A stretch of 64,000 nt of DNA, taken from a virus. Its lineage: Duplodnaviria; Caudoviricetes. Below the pieces are notes generated by a model. It was not told the origin of the DNA. It saw nothing but the letters and a program-made list of their open reading frames with translations, and did not search any database. The stretch covers positions 1-64,000 of IMG/VR virus record IMGVR_UViG_3300037249_000541; one strand, 5' to 3'. The position numbers and the translations under genes are program-made. Each line of letters begins with the position of its first letter. Within the stretch, counting starts at the first letter, position 1. Of this stretch, positions 49,270 through 58,718 are shown one piece after another.

Positions 49270-51540
49270 CTAATAACTTTCAACTTCATTATCGTAAGGA
49301 TTATTGTAATTTTCACTGAAAAAAGGGTCATTGCCTATATAGTCGTCAGGTATATAATTCTTACCAATATCAAGTTGTCCTTGATATAAAACGACCTTCT
49401 CCTCCCTGTAAAGCATAACAAGACCTAATGCTCTAATCCTATCATAGTTGCCTTGCAATGGAGTATATTGTATGCACTCTCTTAACAAAGCTCTATTCTT
49501 TATATTGAATAGATTAGGAACTTGAACTTCTATTTCTTGTCCATTGCTATCTCTTGACATCTTAACAATTGGTTTTAGCATCCATTGTTGAATCAATTTA
49601 TTAGCATAATTGTTTATCGGTAATGTAGCCCTGACACCTTTGGACGTATTACCGTAGCCAACTGATTTGATTAGTTGTTTGTCAACGAGATATTCAGGAG
49701 TGTCAGCAAGTAAATGCAGACAGTTCTTCTGTGAGAAATAAGCAAAGCAACCCTTAATGTTTTGTTCATATAGACATTTGGCATTATAGAAAAGACATAA
49801 CCTTCTTAATACTTCAAAGTTGTCGTCAGCCATTTTCTTCCTGCCAGTATATTCAGCTACTATTCTATCAGTCCATAAATCAAGTACAAATGTTGAAGAA
49901 AGAGAACCTTGTTTATCTTCATCATTATCAACTGGGTCGTGTCCAATAATATATCTGTCTGGTGGAATTTTTCCGTTAACTCCAGTAGCTGGCATCTCGA
50001 ATATTTCTAATGCACCTTCAACAATATTATTGTCATTAACTTTAAATTCCCTTATCGGAGTATCAGTTGTAGGTTTAAATTCAACTTCTCCATTTGGTTT
50101 TACAACAAGTTCTCCTACGTATGTATCATTGTAAAACGATGGATTATTATCTATTTCAAGTAACCTTTCCTGCAATTCTGTTATAGGAAATAGATTGTTA
50201 GCTGTTTGTAATACAGCTTCTTTTGGTGTTATAGGTAATTCTGCCATACGTTTTGTAATCATTCGTATGTCAGTAGAGTTATATTTAACTATGTACCTAT
50301 CTTTAAGTATCTCAAGAAGAGCTTTTATTACGTCGCTATTTCCATTCTCGTCATAACATTCAGCCATATTAAGATATGAAGGAAAGAAATATGTAAAATC
50401 CTTTCTGCCTTGACCTTCCAAATCGTACACATTAGGAAGTTCTTGCATATTGTAGCCTTTTGGATTATACATTATTTCTTGCATAGACGAAAAGTCAGAT
50501 TCATTATCACCAGCGGTACCATACATATATACTTGACCAAACACATTAGTACCATCTTCCACTGATGGCCTAAGCACTGCATATAGTTGTAATAGCCTTG
50601 GAAATGAACCAGCCTCCTCAATTACATACAATTGACCACGAGAACCACGAAGTTTGGATTCATCATCTTTAGAAGTAATGCCTGTAACAGAATTAAGGGT
50701 CCCTTTCTTTGTATTGTTTTCAGCATCAATATATCCCATTGTCCATTGCATATCGTGCAATGAATTTACAAGACGCTTAGCAGGAAATTGCGTGTTATTT
50801 GCAAGAAAGTCTATATAATAAACAAACATATCAAGGACCTGATTGGCACCTTGAATATATTTTCTTTCCGATGCAGTAACAACACATTGAACTTTTTTAT
50901 TTACTTCCTTACTTTCGCCAAGTATAAACCTCTTTGCAATACGTGCTGCCGAGGTATAACTCTTGCCCTTACCTCTGGCTGCCAACATACAGGCATGATG
51001 ACCATTCTCTCTTGCTTGTTCAAGATAATGAAATAAATAATAGTGTCCATCCCATATATTTGGAAAGTCTATAACTCTTTGAGAGCTTTTACTCTTCTTA
51101 CCTTTTGATTTCTTTGATACTTGTATAGGGCAATAGTTTAAAAAGAAATAATAATCACCTGTTATCCATTCTCCATCAGATTTTCTCATATAACCTTCAT
51201 AGCATCTTCTGATTTCTTCTCTTATCCATTTGCCATATTCAGAATTAGGATTACTATTGGGAGCAAGATTTGTATAACATCCATATTTCTTATAATGTAA
51301 TGCTGCTGGCCTGAAATAATCCATGTCTTCAAGTATATGAGGCTTCGTAACATCAACAATAATTCTTCCTTTGTCATCTGTTGGAAGTTCACAAGCTCTT
51401 GGTCTATCTTTTGCTATTAGAGATTTTACAAATGGTATTCCGTTGATTATTTGTAAGAACTGTTCTTGTATTTCTTGTGGATACTTTTCAAGAATCTCGT
51501 CTGTTATTTTACTTTGGTATTTATTAAAATCAAAGTCCAT
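49270..51540 (-). CDS. terL: Terminase large subunit
   Basis: Walker A ARGKGKS, Walker B YVIEEAG, motif III YGTAG, nuclease YIIGHDP. Confidence 0.93.
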   Translation of the reverse strand: MDFDFNKYQSKITDEILEKYPQEIQEQFLQIINGIPFVKSLIAKDRPRACELPTDDKGRIIVDVTKPHILEDMDYFRPAALHYKKYGCYTNLAPNSNPNSEYGKWIREEIRRCYEGYMRKSDGEWITGDYYFFLNYCPIQVSKKSKGKKSKSSQRVIDFPNIWDGHYYLFHYLEQARENGHHACMLAARGKGKSYTSAARIAKRFILGESKEVNKKVQCVVTASERKYIQGANQVLDMFVYYIDFLANNTQFPAKRLVNSLHDMQWTMGYIDAENNTKKGTLNSVTGITSKDDESKLRGSRGQLYVIEEAGSFPRLLQLYAVLRPSVEDGTNVFGQVYMYGTAGDNESDFSSMQEIMYNPKGYNMQELPNVYDLEGQGRKDFTYFFPSYLNMAECYDENGNSDVIKALLEILKDRYIVKYNSTDIRMITKRMAELPITPKEAVLQTANNLFPITELQERLLEIDNNPSFYNDTYVGELVVKPNGEVEFKPTTDTPIREFKVNDNNIVEGALEIFEMPATGVNGKIPPDRYIIGHDPVDNDEDKQGSLSSTFVLDLWTDRIVAEYTGRKKMADDNFEVLRRLCLFYNAKCLYEQNIKGCFAYFSQKNCLHLLADTPEYLVDKQLIKSVGYGNTSKGVRATLPINNYANKLIQQWMLKPIVKMSRDSNGQEIEVQVPNLFNIKNRALLRECIQYTPLQGNYDRIRALGLVMLYREEKVVLYQGQLDIGKNYIPDDYIGNDPFFSENYNNPYDNEVESY

Positions 51541-52000
51541 GACATTTATTTATATTTGTATTTAATTCTTGCTTTAATAAATTCTGACTTCTTGTAAGGT
51601 CCTCAATAGTTTTATTTCTTTCAAGGTGCATCTTTTCTATTATTGACAATAGATTGTTTTCAAATGCTATTATATCTTTAGGTTTCAATAGAACCATCAA
51701 ATCTTCCTTTGACATTGGCTCGTTATTGTAATACCATACTATTGAATCGTTTTCTTTTTTAAGAGTGATGATATTATAGTCTATATGACTTTCATTTCTT
51801 TTCAAGGGAATTTCCAATTCGTCTATATGAGTATTACGTAATAGTGCTTCTTCAAGGTAATATGTAAGACCTAATATTTTTCCACTAAATTTAGTTATGC
51901 CCCAAAAATATTCTGTTAGAGAATCAATATGATTGTCTTTCTTTTCAAGAAACCATAATACTTGTTCCCATACGTTCTCATTTTTTATAACTTGTGCCAT
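51530..52000 (-). CDS. Hypothetical protein
   Basis: 156 aa ORF coupled to both neighbours. Confidence 0.7.
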   Translation of the reverse strand: MAQVIKNENVWEQVLWFLEKKDNHIDSLTEYFWGITKFSGKILGLTYYLEEALLRNTHIDELEIPLKRNESHIDYNIITLKKENDSIVWYYNNEPMSKEDLMVLLKPKDIIAFENNLLSIIEKMHLERNKTIEDLTRSQNLLKQELNTNINKCHGL

Positions 52001-52905
52001 TACTTATTCATTAAATTGTTAATTTTTTCTGCTATTATCTTAATATCTCCGTGAGGTTTGCCAGTAGTGCCTTTCAGCCTTAAATCAATAATATGATTCC
52101 ATTCATCAGTGGTTGCTGTATAGATAGCTTTTGTATGAGTATCTAATGGAAGTATACCACGGACTTCATCAGTACTAAGCCCCATCCCAAACTCATTATC
52201 AGAACAATTCTTTAAATCGTTTGGCATATCTCTAAGTGATGTCATGTAAAATCTTTCTACTATTTCCATGATACCTTCCCACCATTTTTTATAAGCATAA
52301 CTTTTCGTATCATACCAATAAGGTTTGTTGAAAGCGACTGCATTTCCAAACTTATCCTTAGAGAAGTTGCAATAACGAGTTGATTGTTCACAGATATAGA
52401 AGTTATCGTGATGTCTATTCATTTCACGAGTACAACCAATGGAAGTATCTACAATAAATGATTTGAAAATACTATTTGTGCTGCTTATCTCTCTTAAATA
52501 GTCTAACATTAAATCAATTAGTTCTGTAATAGAATTAATTATCTTTTGTTCTTCTTTAATTTGAATGATACTTTCTACAAGTACCCTACCGTTAATATAT
52601 ACTGATGATTCAGTTTCTACTCTATATTTTGAGTTACCACATCGTGCTATTACAATTTCTTGTATTCTATTTGAATCACCTTTTCCAGTATATATTTTAT
52701 ATAGTTTTTCAAAATCAAAACTTATTATTGCGTGTTCAAATGGACTAAAATGCTTTGACTTAATAAGACTTTCAACAAGTTTCTTATCATCAGTTGTTTT
52801 GTCGCTTGCATAACAGATTCTTGCAGCACGTGCTACTGCTTTATAGAAGTTATCTACTCCTTCAAAGTCTGTTATTTCCTGTACATTTGGTTCAATTATC
52901 TTCAT
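52000..52905 (-). CDS. thyX: FAD-dependent thymidylate synthase
   Basis: AARICYAS, HFSPFEH, REMNRHH...EQSTRYC, RGILP, LRL...PH. Confidence 0.92.
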   Translation of the reverse strand: MKIIEPNVQEITDFEGVDNFYKAVARAARICYASDKTTDDKKLVESLIKSKHFSPFEHAIISFDFEKLYKIYTGKGDSNRIQEIVIARCGNSKYRVETESSVYINGRVLVESIIQIKEEQKIINSITELIDLMLDYLREISSTNSIFKSFIVDTSIGCTREMNRHHDNFYICEQSTRYCNFSKDKFGNAVAFNKPYWYDTKSYAYKKWWEGIMEIVERFYMTSLRDMPNDLKNCSDNEFGMGLSTDEVRGILPLDTHTKAIYTATTDEWNHIIDLRLKGTTGKPHGDIKIIAEKINNLMNK

Positions 52906-52926
52906 AATATTTATTTTTTTAATTAA

Positions 52927-53322
52927 TTACCATCCTATTCTAAGCTCTAATGAAACTTCGTTATCTCCATGTGAATTTTCTATAATAGAAATCATTGGAA
53001 ACTTTTTATCTTCTGCTAAACGATTATAACCTTTAATTAAATGTTTTATTATATCTAAAGCATTAGCATTATCATTTATTTCTCTATGACCTACTACAAT
53101 CAAATCTTCTGATTTTCTGCCATATCCACTACTGGTAATACCACCATAATAATAGCCTGTATTAGTATTAGTAAATTCAGGAGCATCTATTGTTTGTGAT
53201 ATTTGTATATATTCCTTAAATGATATAATTTTGTTTTGTAAAGCTAATTGTGCTAATGTTAAAAGGTCGTAATCCTTTATTTTAGCATTTAATAATAATT
53301 GAAGTTCTTCTTTAGTTTTCAT
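52927..53322 (-). CDS. Hypothetical protein
   Basis: 131 aa ORF. Confidence 0.7.
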   Translation of the reverse strand: MKTKEELQLLLNAKIKDYDLLTLAQLALQNKIISFKEYIQISQTIDAPEFTNTNTGYYYGGITSSGYGRKSEDLIVVGHREINDNANALDIIKHLIKGYNRLAEDKKFPMISIIENSHGDNEVSLELRIGW

Positions 53323-53334
53323 AGTTTAATGGTT

Positions 53335-53667
53335 TTATATAAATAGTTTTTTACAAAATTCTTCTGTTGTTGGGTTACACCCACACTCTGCAATTTCTTC
53401 AATAAGCCATTGCCAATCTTCCAGTTTAACTGCATCAAACGTAGTAGATATATACCATACACAAACTTTATCTCCATACTTATCTGTTTCACAAAACTCC
53501 TTACCTTCCACTATGTGAGTTTTACTTTCATCAAACCATTGTAAATCTTCTGAATATTCAGTAGTAATAGGAATTTTTAGATATACTTTTAAATTAGACA
53601 ATAACTCAAAAAAGTGTTTATTTGATATTTCTTTTTCTTCTGTAGTCATTTCACAAATCTGTTTCAA
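53335..53667 (-). CDS. Hypothetical acidic protein
   Basis: 110 aa ORF. Confidence 0.7.
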   Translation of the reverse strand: MKQICEMTTEEKEISNKHFFELLSNLKVYLKIPITTEYSEDLQWFDESKTHIVEGKEFCETDKYGDKVCVWYISTTFDAVKLEDWQWLIEEIAECGCNPTTEEFCKKLFI

Positions 53668-54259
53668 CTATACATTTTTCTATTTTAAAGCCTGAACCTG
53701 GTGTAAGGTCGTAGTAAAATACTGGATAGTCATTTTTTGAAGTACGTTCTACTTTGTACGTATAACGACCATCTTTTAAAAGTGGATTACTCATAACTCT
53801 AAAAAGACAACTACTACCATATCCAGCAGATATGTATTCACCTTCATAGAAATATGGACTGTCAAATGTTAAATAGAATTCATTATCATCTTTTGTTAGT
53901 TTTGATTTTTCTGTAATTTCATTACCATATTTATCTGTTGCTTTTATTAAACCATATTCTACAAAATCATCAGCCTGTGGTTTTCTTACGAACATACCAA
54001 CATTTACTATCTTTCCAGTGATGGTAGAAATATCAAACAAGATTCTCGGAAATGATGAATTGTTATTTACAAAATTAGCGTAATTTTCCAGTTGATTAAT
54101 CAAACATTTAGTTATAGGATTATTGCACCATTTTGTAAATTCATCTTTTGATTTAGAATTATTGAATTCAATTTTATCATTAGACCTATATACATTGACA
54201 TCTATTTTCGATGTACTACCTTTACTTGCTGTTATCTCAGCTTCTTTAATCTCTTCCAT
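53651..54259 (-). CDS. Protein whose C-terminal ~100 aa is a paralogue of an internal major-capsid domain
   Basis: FYLTFDSPYFYEGEYI versus capsid FYLYFEEEYFYDGEYI; colinear through LTPGSGF/LLPGEKF and VETDL/VEDDL. Confidence 0.85.
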   Translation of the reverse strand: MEEIKEAEITASKGSTSKIDVNVYRSNDKIEFNNSKSKDEFTKWCNNPITKCLINQLENYANFVNNNSSFPRILFDISTITGKIVNVGMFVRKPQADDFVEYGLIKATDKYGNEITEKSKLTKDDNEFYLTFDSPYFYEGEYISAGYGSSCLFRVMSNPLLKDGRYTYKVERTSKNDYPVFYYDLTPGSGFKIEKCIVETDL

Positions 54260-54263
54260 ATTG

Positions 54264-54812
54264 TTATAAGTTTATTCCATCATCAAACAAAGTTTTTTCT
54301 GAGCCACCTCTTGCTTTTGCTGCGCTCTTGATTTCTGAATTAACAGCTTCTTCTGCATCTTTAAGGTCTTTTACCAATGTAGGTATAACCTTGATTGTCT
54401 GCGCAAGAGTATTAAGAGGATATACTGGTCTGCCTTTGTCATCAACTTCATTGAAGTTAATCTCTTCAAGAGCTTTCCTTAGTTTGTCAATAGCATTTTT
54501 TGTACTATCAAGAAGCATAGCAGATTCAGTTTTAAATGAACTATAAAAGTCTATTGCTGCTTTTGTAATATCATCAGGTTCCCATTTTTCATCAATGCCA
54601 AGACTCATCTTAATTTTACTTGACCTTTCTTCTACATCTCTAAATATCTGGAAATCACTTCTTGAATCGGCAAAGAAATATATATATGCAAATACACTTT
54701 TCAAAAACTCCTTATCCTTTTTAAAATTATTAGCAAGGTTTTCAAAGGGTTTTAGAAGAAGTGCTTCTGGGTCTATTTTTACCTCATAATTTTCGTATCT
54801 AAACAGTTTCAT
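54264..54812 (-). CDS. Conserved crAss-like protein (possible packaging accessory)
   Basis: YIYFFADSRSDF..W.PD..AIDFY..ARGG; position upstream of terL. Confidence 0.6.
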   Translation of the reverse strand: MKLFRYENYEVKIDPEALLLKPFENLANNFKKDKEFLKSVFAYIYFFADSRSDFQIFRDVEERSSKIKMSLGIDEKWEPDDITKAAIDFYSSFKTESAMLLDSTKNAIDKLRKALEEINFNEVDDKGRPVYPLNTLAQTIKVIPTLVKDLKDAEEAVNSEIKSAAKARGGSEKTLFDDGINL

Positions 54813-54843
54813 ATTAAAGTCGATAATTTATATTACCTAAAAA

Positions 54844-54877
54844 TAAAAACCCCTCTAATTGCCCGAAAAAGAGGGGG
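54844..54877 (-). terminator. Intrinsic terminator
   Basis: CCCCTC / GAGGGG stem followed by TTTTTATTTT on the minus strand. Confidence 0.55.
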
Positions 54878-54900
54878 AAAATGTAAACAAAATGAAAAAA

Positions 54901-55260
54901 CTAAACTTCATATTCGTTGACTATGTAATCAATTGCATTATCTCGCAAAAATAGATACTGTTCGTTGTTTAATCTTATTGTTGGAACATCATATTCTACG
55001 ATAGGATTCATTGACTGCATACTTTCTTTTATGGAACCTTCCTCGTATTTTGTCTTGCCATATTGAGTGAGGTTTATTTTTACAATATCACCAACTTTAA
55101 TATCCTTTACAAAAGAACCTACTGCTATAACTCTTTGCAATGGATGTAGACCGCTATGGTCTTCACCGAGTGTTATAATTTTACCAGATGTTCCTCTGTC
55201 TGCTGTTGTTATTACGTAGTTGAATCTTGGTGTGATTGTTTTGATATTTTTAATTTCCAT
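54901..55260 (-). CDS. GroES/Cpn10-like co-chaperonin
   Basis: ITPRFNYVI..RVIAVGSFVKDIKVGDIV..YLFLRDNAIDYIV. Confidence 0.75.
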   Translation of the reverse strand: MEIKNIKTITPRFNYVITTADRGTSGKIITLGEDHSGLHPLQRVIAVGSFVKDIKVGDIVKINLTQYGKTKYEEGSIKESMQSMNPIVEYDVPTIRLNNEQYLFLRDNAIDYIVNEYEV

Positions 55261-55490
55261 TTTAAATAAGCTTTATGGTTTATGTAATACTTCCCTAAAT
55301 ATCTAAGATAAAAACAATAGTTGCCTCTGTCATAATACATTTCATCTTCTGTCATCGTATCTTTCTCTTTCAGTTTCTTGTATGTTTCGTATGCTTTCTG
55401 TTTTATAAGATTAAGATACGCTTCATATATTCTTTTGACATTAGATTTATTTAAGTTATACTTTGTTGCTATTGTTTGGTACGCTTTCAT
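55212..55490 (-). CDS. HU/IHF-like basic protein
   Basis: IATKYNLNKSNVKRIY..FYLRYLGKYY. Confidence 0.45.
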   Translation of the reverse strand: MKAYQTIATKYNLNKSNVKRIYEAYLNLIKQKAYETYKKLKEKDTMTEDEMYYDRGNYCFYLRYLGKYYINHKAYLKWKLKISKQSHQDSTT

Positions 55491-55884
55491 TTTTCAATAC
55501 GTACAATAATAAAATGTTGCCGTCTTTATTGAAGTTTGGTATGCACACTGGATTTATTTTATTATCTTTATAGAAGTTTTTACTTCTTAGCCCCTTTAAG
55601 ATAATTTGAAAATAAGTTGGCGTCATACCAAGTTCTTGTCTAATCTTCCTCTTACTTTCAGCCGAGAATGTAACTGAGTTTAATACATCGTCATTAATTA
55701 TATTAGCTTTGTTCTGATGATAGTATTTCAAAAATAATGCAGCTACTTCTATTTCCTTGTCTGTAAGTTTGTGAAGATTATAAGTTAAGGTAAGCCACTT
55801 TACAAATATGTTATCATTGTTACATCTTATTTTAGCCATATTTGTTGGCATAAAAGCTGGCTTACCTTCACTTTGATTACTCAT
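55456..55884 (-). CDS. Putative helix-turn-helix protein
   Basis: LTDKEIEVAA..KIRQELGMTPTYFQIILKGLRSK. Confidence 0.5.
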   Translation of the reverse strand: MSNQSEGKPAFMPTNMAKIRCNNDNIFVKWLTLTYNLHKLTDKEIEVAALFLKYYHQNKANIINDDVLNSVTFSAESKRKIRQELGMTPTYFQIILKGLRSKNFYKDNKINPVCIPNFNKDGNILLLYVLKNESVPNNSNKV

Positions 55885-56191
55885 TGGGTTCCTTGGTGTC
55901 CTCAGAGGACTTCTGTTGGGGCGTTGTCATTTCACGTACTTTCTTCTGAATTTCATCCTTGACAAACTCCCTGAAATCGCTATCGAACTCCTCAATATTC
56001 CTACAATTCATAATGTTTAACATAAGATTAAGGACATCGAAAACGTATCCATAATTTGCCATCTGGAGCTTTGCTCTTAGCTCGTCGTTTTGCATACTTA
56101 GTTGCTGTGCAAGTCTTCTTAGGTCATTGACGTTAAGCTCTTGCTTTGGTGCCTCAGTCTGAGGATTCATTTTAATTGTATCTCCTTCCAT
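55877..56191 (-). CDS. Hypothetical coiled-coil protein
   Basis: 104 aa ORF. Confidence 0.7.
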   Translation of the reverse strand: MEGDTIKMNPQTEAPKQELNVNDLRRLAQQLSMQNDELRAKLQMANYGYVFDVLNLMLNIMNCRNIEEFDSDFREFVKDEIQKKVREMTTPQQKSSEDTKEPNE

Positions 56192-56192
56192 T

Positions 56193-56429
56193 TTAACTAT
56201 AATATTTATTTGGTTTATATTTATTTATATCGAATATTCCTCTTGGATGTAACACTCTTCCTCTTGGATATTTTTCTTTGTAAAGCCTTTCCCAGTCTTC
56301 TATATCGGCTTCTATGATTGAAGTGCATCCACATTTTGAACACACGTCGCATTTTGAGTCATCATCTATAATTATGGATAATGACAAACAGTTTTCACAA
56401 TATGCTATTTTATCATCCAAGTTATCCAT
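56193..56429 (-). CDS. Zn-ribbon protein
   Basis: CENC..CSKC. Confidence 0.65.
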   Translation of the reverse strand: MDNLDDKIAYCENCLSLSIIIDDDSKCDVCSKCGCTSIIEADIEDWERLYKEKYPRGRVLHPRGIFDINKYKPNKYYS

Positions 56430-56431
56430 AT

Positions 56432-56656
56432 TTATTTTGAGTTACATCTTGTTGTATATATTTCATATGCAGCATCTATGAACTCATTAATTTTTTCATT
56501 GTCATAAAAACAATCAATATTTCTATTGAATTGAACTTCTCTTGCCACTCCATAGACACTATCAATTACATTGAATACAGCTTGACCTTTTCGCCAGCTC
56601 ATAGGAACTTTCTTAACCTGTTCCATAATATTACATTTAAACTCTTCCTTAGTCAT
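56432..56656 (-). CDS. Hypothetical protein (WRKGQAVFN..IDCFY motif)
   Basis: 74 aa ORF. Confidence 0.65.
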   Translation of the reverse strand: MTKEEFKCNIMEQVKKVPMSWRKGQAVFNVIDSVYGVAREVQFNRNIDCFYDNEKINEFIDAAYEIYTTRCNSK

Positions 56657-57125
56657 TTTCCTTGTTTAATTTCGTTAATATATAATCTACTATCTTTTTC
56701 ATTTCACCTTTCCTTTGAATAAGGAATACTTCATAATGATTTCTTTTGTCTTTTGATAGACGATAAAGAAACATCTTCCATTTATGTTCAAAGTCTGGTG
56801 TTATCTGACCCTTGCATTCTATTATATATGTGGTGTCATTTTCAGTATCACACATAACAAAGTCTGGTGTATAGCTCCAAGCTCTTATCTTCTTATTCGT
56901 TGCTCCAAAACCCTTCTTATGACCTTTTGAATCAAATTCAGGTTGAGTAAGAGTTATATTGTCAAGCTCAAACTCTGGTACAAGATTGTATTTGAAAGGC
57001 TCGTATTCAAAATGCAATCCCACTGATTCAAGGTATTGATATACCTCAGCTTCATATTCAGACCTGAATTTGATACCATTAAACTCAACTCTTTTTGCAT
57101 TGTTATTTAGAATTGCTTTCTTCAT
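56649..57125 (-). CDS. PD-(D/E)xK nuclease (DUF1064 / resolvase-like)
   Basis: GIKFRSEYE..YTPDF..IIECKG. Confidence 0.75.
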   Translation of the reverse strand: MKKAILNNNAKRVEFNGIKFRSEYEAEVYQYLESVGLHFEYEPFKYNLVPEFELDNITLTQPEFDSKGHKKGFGATNKKIRAWSYTPDFVMCDTENDTTYIIECKGQITPDFEHKWKMFLYRLSKDKRNHYEVFLIQRKGEMKKIVDYILTKLNKEND

Positions 57126-57429
57126 AATGTTTGTTTTCTATTATTATGTCTTCTTCATCGTCAACAGAAATATCTTTCTGTGTTATCGGATAACAGTGTT
57201 CTCCATTCTTTATATATACTGTAAATGCAGATACTATTGCTTTGAGCTGTAAAGCTACATGGTATTTAGATTGTAGAAACAACATTATGTTTTTACAAGT
57301 TTTTTCATCAGTATATTTAGTTGCTATTGTTTTTGCTTGTGTTGAAACTATAACGCCGTAGCTATATCCTGCGAACCCACTTATAATCACAACAACAATG
57401 GAAGCTACTATTTTTACTATTATGTCCAT
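57103..57429 (-). CDS. Membrane-anchored hypothetical protein
   Basis: N-terminal transmembrane segment IVASIVVVIISGFAGY. Confidence 0.6.
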   Translation of the reverse strand: MDIIVKIVASIVVVIISGFAGYSYGVIVSTQAKTIATKYTDEKTCKNIMLFLQSKYHVALQLKAIVSAFTVYIKNGEHCYPITQKDISVDDEEDIIIENKHYEESNSK

Positions 57430-57450
57430 TTTTATTATGTTTTTAGTTTG

Positions 57451-57523
57451 TACTGAGATTAGGACTTGAACCTAAATAAACAAGAGCCACAATCTTGTGC
57501 TTTGCCAATTAAGCTATCTCAGC
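57451..57523 (-). tRNA. tRNA-His(GTG)
   Basis: Cloverleaf; CAAGA-TT GTG GC-TCTTG; T-loop TTCAAGT. Confidence 0.88.
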
Positions 57524-57528
57524 CTTTG

Positions 57529-57601
57529 TCTGGGTGGCAAGGCTCGAACTTGCGACCACTTGCTCCCAAAGCAAGCATACTACCTACTGTACTACACCCA
57601 G
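57529..57601 (-). tRNA. tRNA-Pro(TGG)
   Basis: CTTGC-TT TGG GA-GCAAG. Confidence 0.92.
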
Positions 57602-57607
57602 ATTATA

Positions 57608-57820
57608 TTATTGCTCACCGTTTTCTGCATTGCTTATAAATTGTTCTAAAGCTTTATCAGCCTTATCTAATTCCATTAATAAAGCATGAACTTTAATTAG
57701 GTGTTTAATAGATTTTATTTCCTCCTCAAGTGATTCTATTTTACACCATACTTCACATATTGCTATTAGCATTGTTATGAGCAATACTACTGTTAATGTT
57801 ATTCCAATTTCTAACCACAT
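57608..57820 (-). CDS. Small transmembrane plus coiled-coil protein
   Basis: 70 aa ORF. Confidence 0.6.
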   Translation of the reverse strand: MWLEIGITLTVVLLITMLIAICEVWCKIESLEEEIKSIKHLIKVHALLMELDKADKALEQFISNAENGEQ

Positions 57821-57821
57821 T

Positions 57822-58097
57822 TTATTTTAGTTTTATAGCGTCTTTACAAAAAGTACTTGCCTTTTCAATATCAGTATTTTCTATTTTACTTATATCTACT
57901 TGTACAACATTGCCGATAGGAGCATACCATTTCTTATACCATGCTCTAAAGAATTTTAATTCTTCAAGCCAAAATCTTAGCTGTTGATGTTCTTTCGCAC
58001 ATTGAGTGCAACCTTCACTCTTTTCTATACAATGTTGTATAGCCTCATCTAAGGTCATTAGAGTATTAGGTGCTGTATTACATAATGTTTCTTCCAT
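57822..58097 (-). CDS. Hypothetical protein (MTLDEAIQHC..C..CAKEH.QL..WL)
   Basis: Likely start MEETLC at 58097; the longer ORF-track start runs into tRNA-Ser. Confidence 0.65.
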   Translation of the reverse strand: MEETLCNTAPNTLMTLDEAIQHCIEKSEGCTQCAKEHQQLRFWLEELKFFRAWYKKWYAPIGNVVQVDISKIENTDIEKASTFCKDAIKLK

Positions 58098-58115
58098 AGT
58101 ATTTTTTATTGTTAG

Positions 58116-58202
58116 CGGAGAGTGTAGGACTCGAACCCACAGACCACTCATCGCAGTCAACGGTTTTCAAAACCGTCGCATTTACCATTCTGCCAACTCT
58201 CC
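58116..58202 (-). tRNA. tRNA-Ser(TGA)
   Basis: ACGGT-TT TGA AA-ACCGT, long variable arm, G73. Confidence 0.92.
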
Positions 58203-58205
58203 AAG

Positions 58206-58278
58206 TGGAGAAGGTAGGTACTGCCCCTACTCCTATGGATTTTCAGTCCACCGCAATGACTTCATCTGCCACTTCTCC
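58206..58278 (-). tRNA. tRNA-Phe(GAA) with non-canonical T-loop
   Basis: GTGGA-CT GAA AA-TCCAT; T-arm GTAGG-GGCAGTA-CCTAC. Confidence 0.8.
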
Positions 58279-58624
58279 CATCAATAATTCCACTTTGAAG
58301 CAAATCAAAATATGTACCTCTTTCTAATCTTATACCATGAAACTCTCCATAATCTTCTGTATCTGGTCTTTTAATCTTTGTCTTTAGTATCAGATACTTC
58401 CCATAAGTTTCTTCATCTTTTAACTCAGCATCAAATTCTATTGTAGGATATTTGTTCCTAATGTGCATTGGTTGAGTTTTCAAATAATCATTATATGAAT
58501 CAAACATTGCGGCAACATCTCTTAATATAGCTATTGTAGAGTCAGCTCCTCTCTCATAAACAAAGCAAGGAACTTTTCTTTGCATTGTTATATCGTCTCC
58601 ACTATATCTACTTTCTTTGTCCAT
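58262..58624 (-). CDS. Hypothetical protein
   Basis: 120 aa; 3' end overlaps tRNA-Phe. Confidence 0.65.
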   Translation of the reverse strand: MDKESRYSGDDITMQRKVPCFVYERGADSTIAILRDVAAMFDSYNDYLKTQPMHIRNKYPTIEFDAELKDEETYGKYLILKTKIKRPDTEDYGEFHGIRLERGTYFDLLQSGIIDGRSGR

Positions 58625-58646
58625 ATTTCATTTTGTTTTTGATTAG

Positions 58647-58718
58647 AGCCTTCTGTTGGAATCGAACCAACGTTTGATGATTACAAGTCAACGGTAATGA
58701 CCATTATACTAAGAAGGC
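58647..58718 (-). tRNA. tRNA-Thr(TGT)
   Basis: GTTGA-CT TGT AA-TCATC. Confidence 0.88.

Noticed and set aside
46605-51540. Self-splicing introns or inteins in terminase/portal (also checked in the capsid gene)
   Set aside because: Genes are contiguous and of normal length, with no intein or homing-endonuclease motifs noticed.
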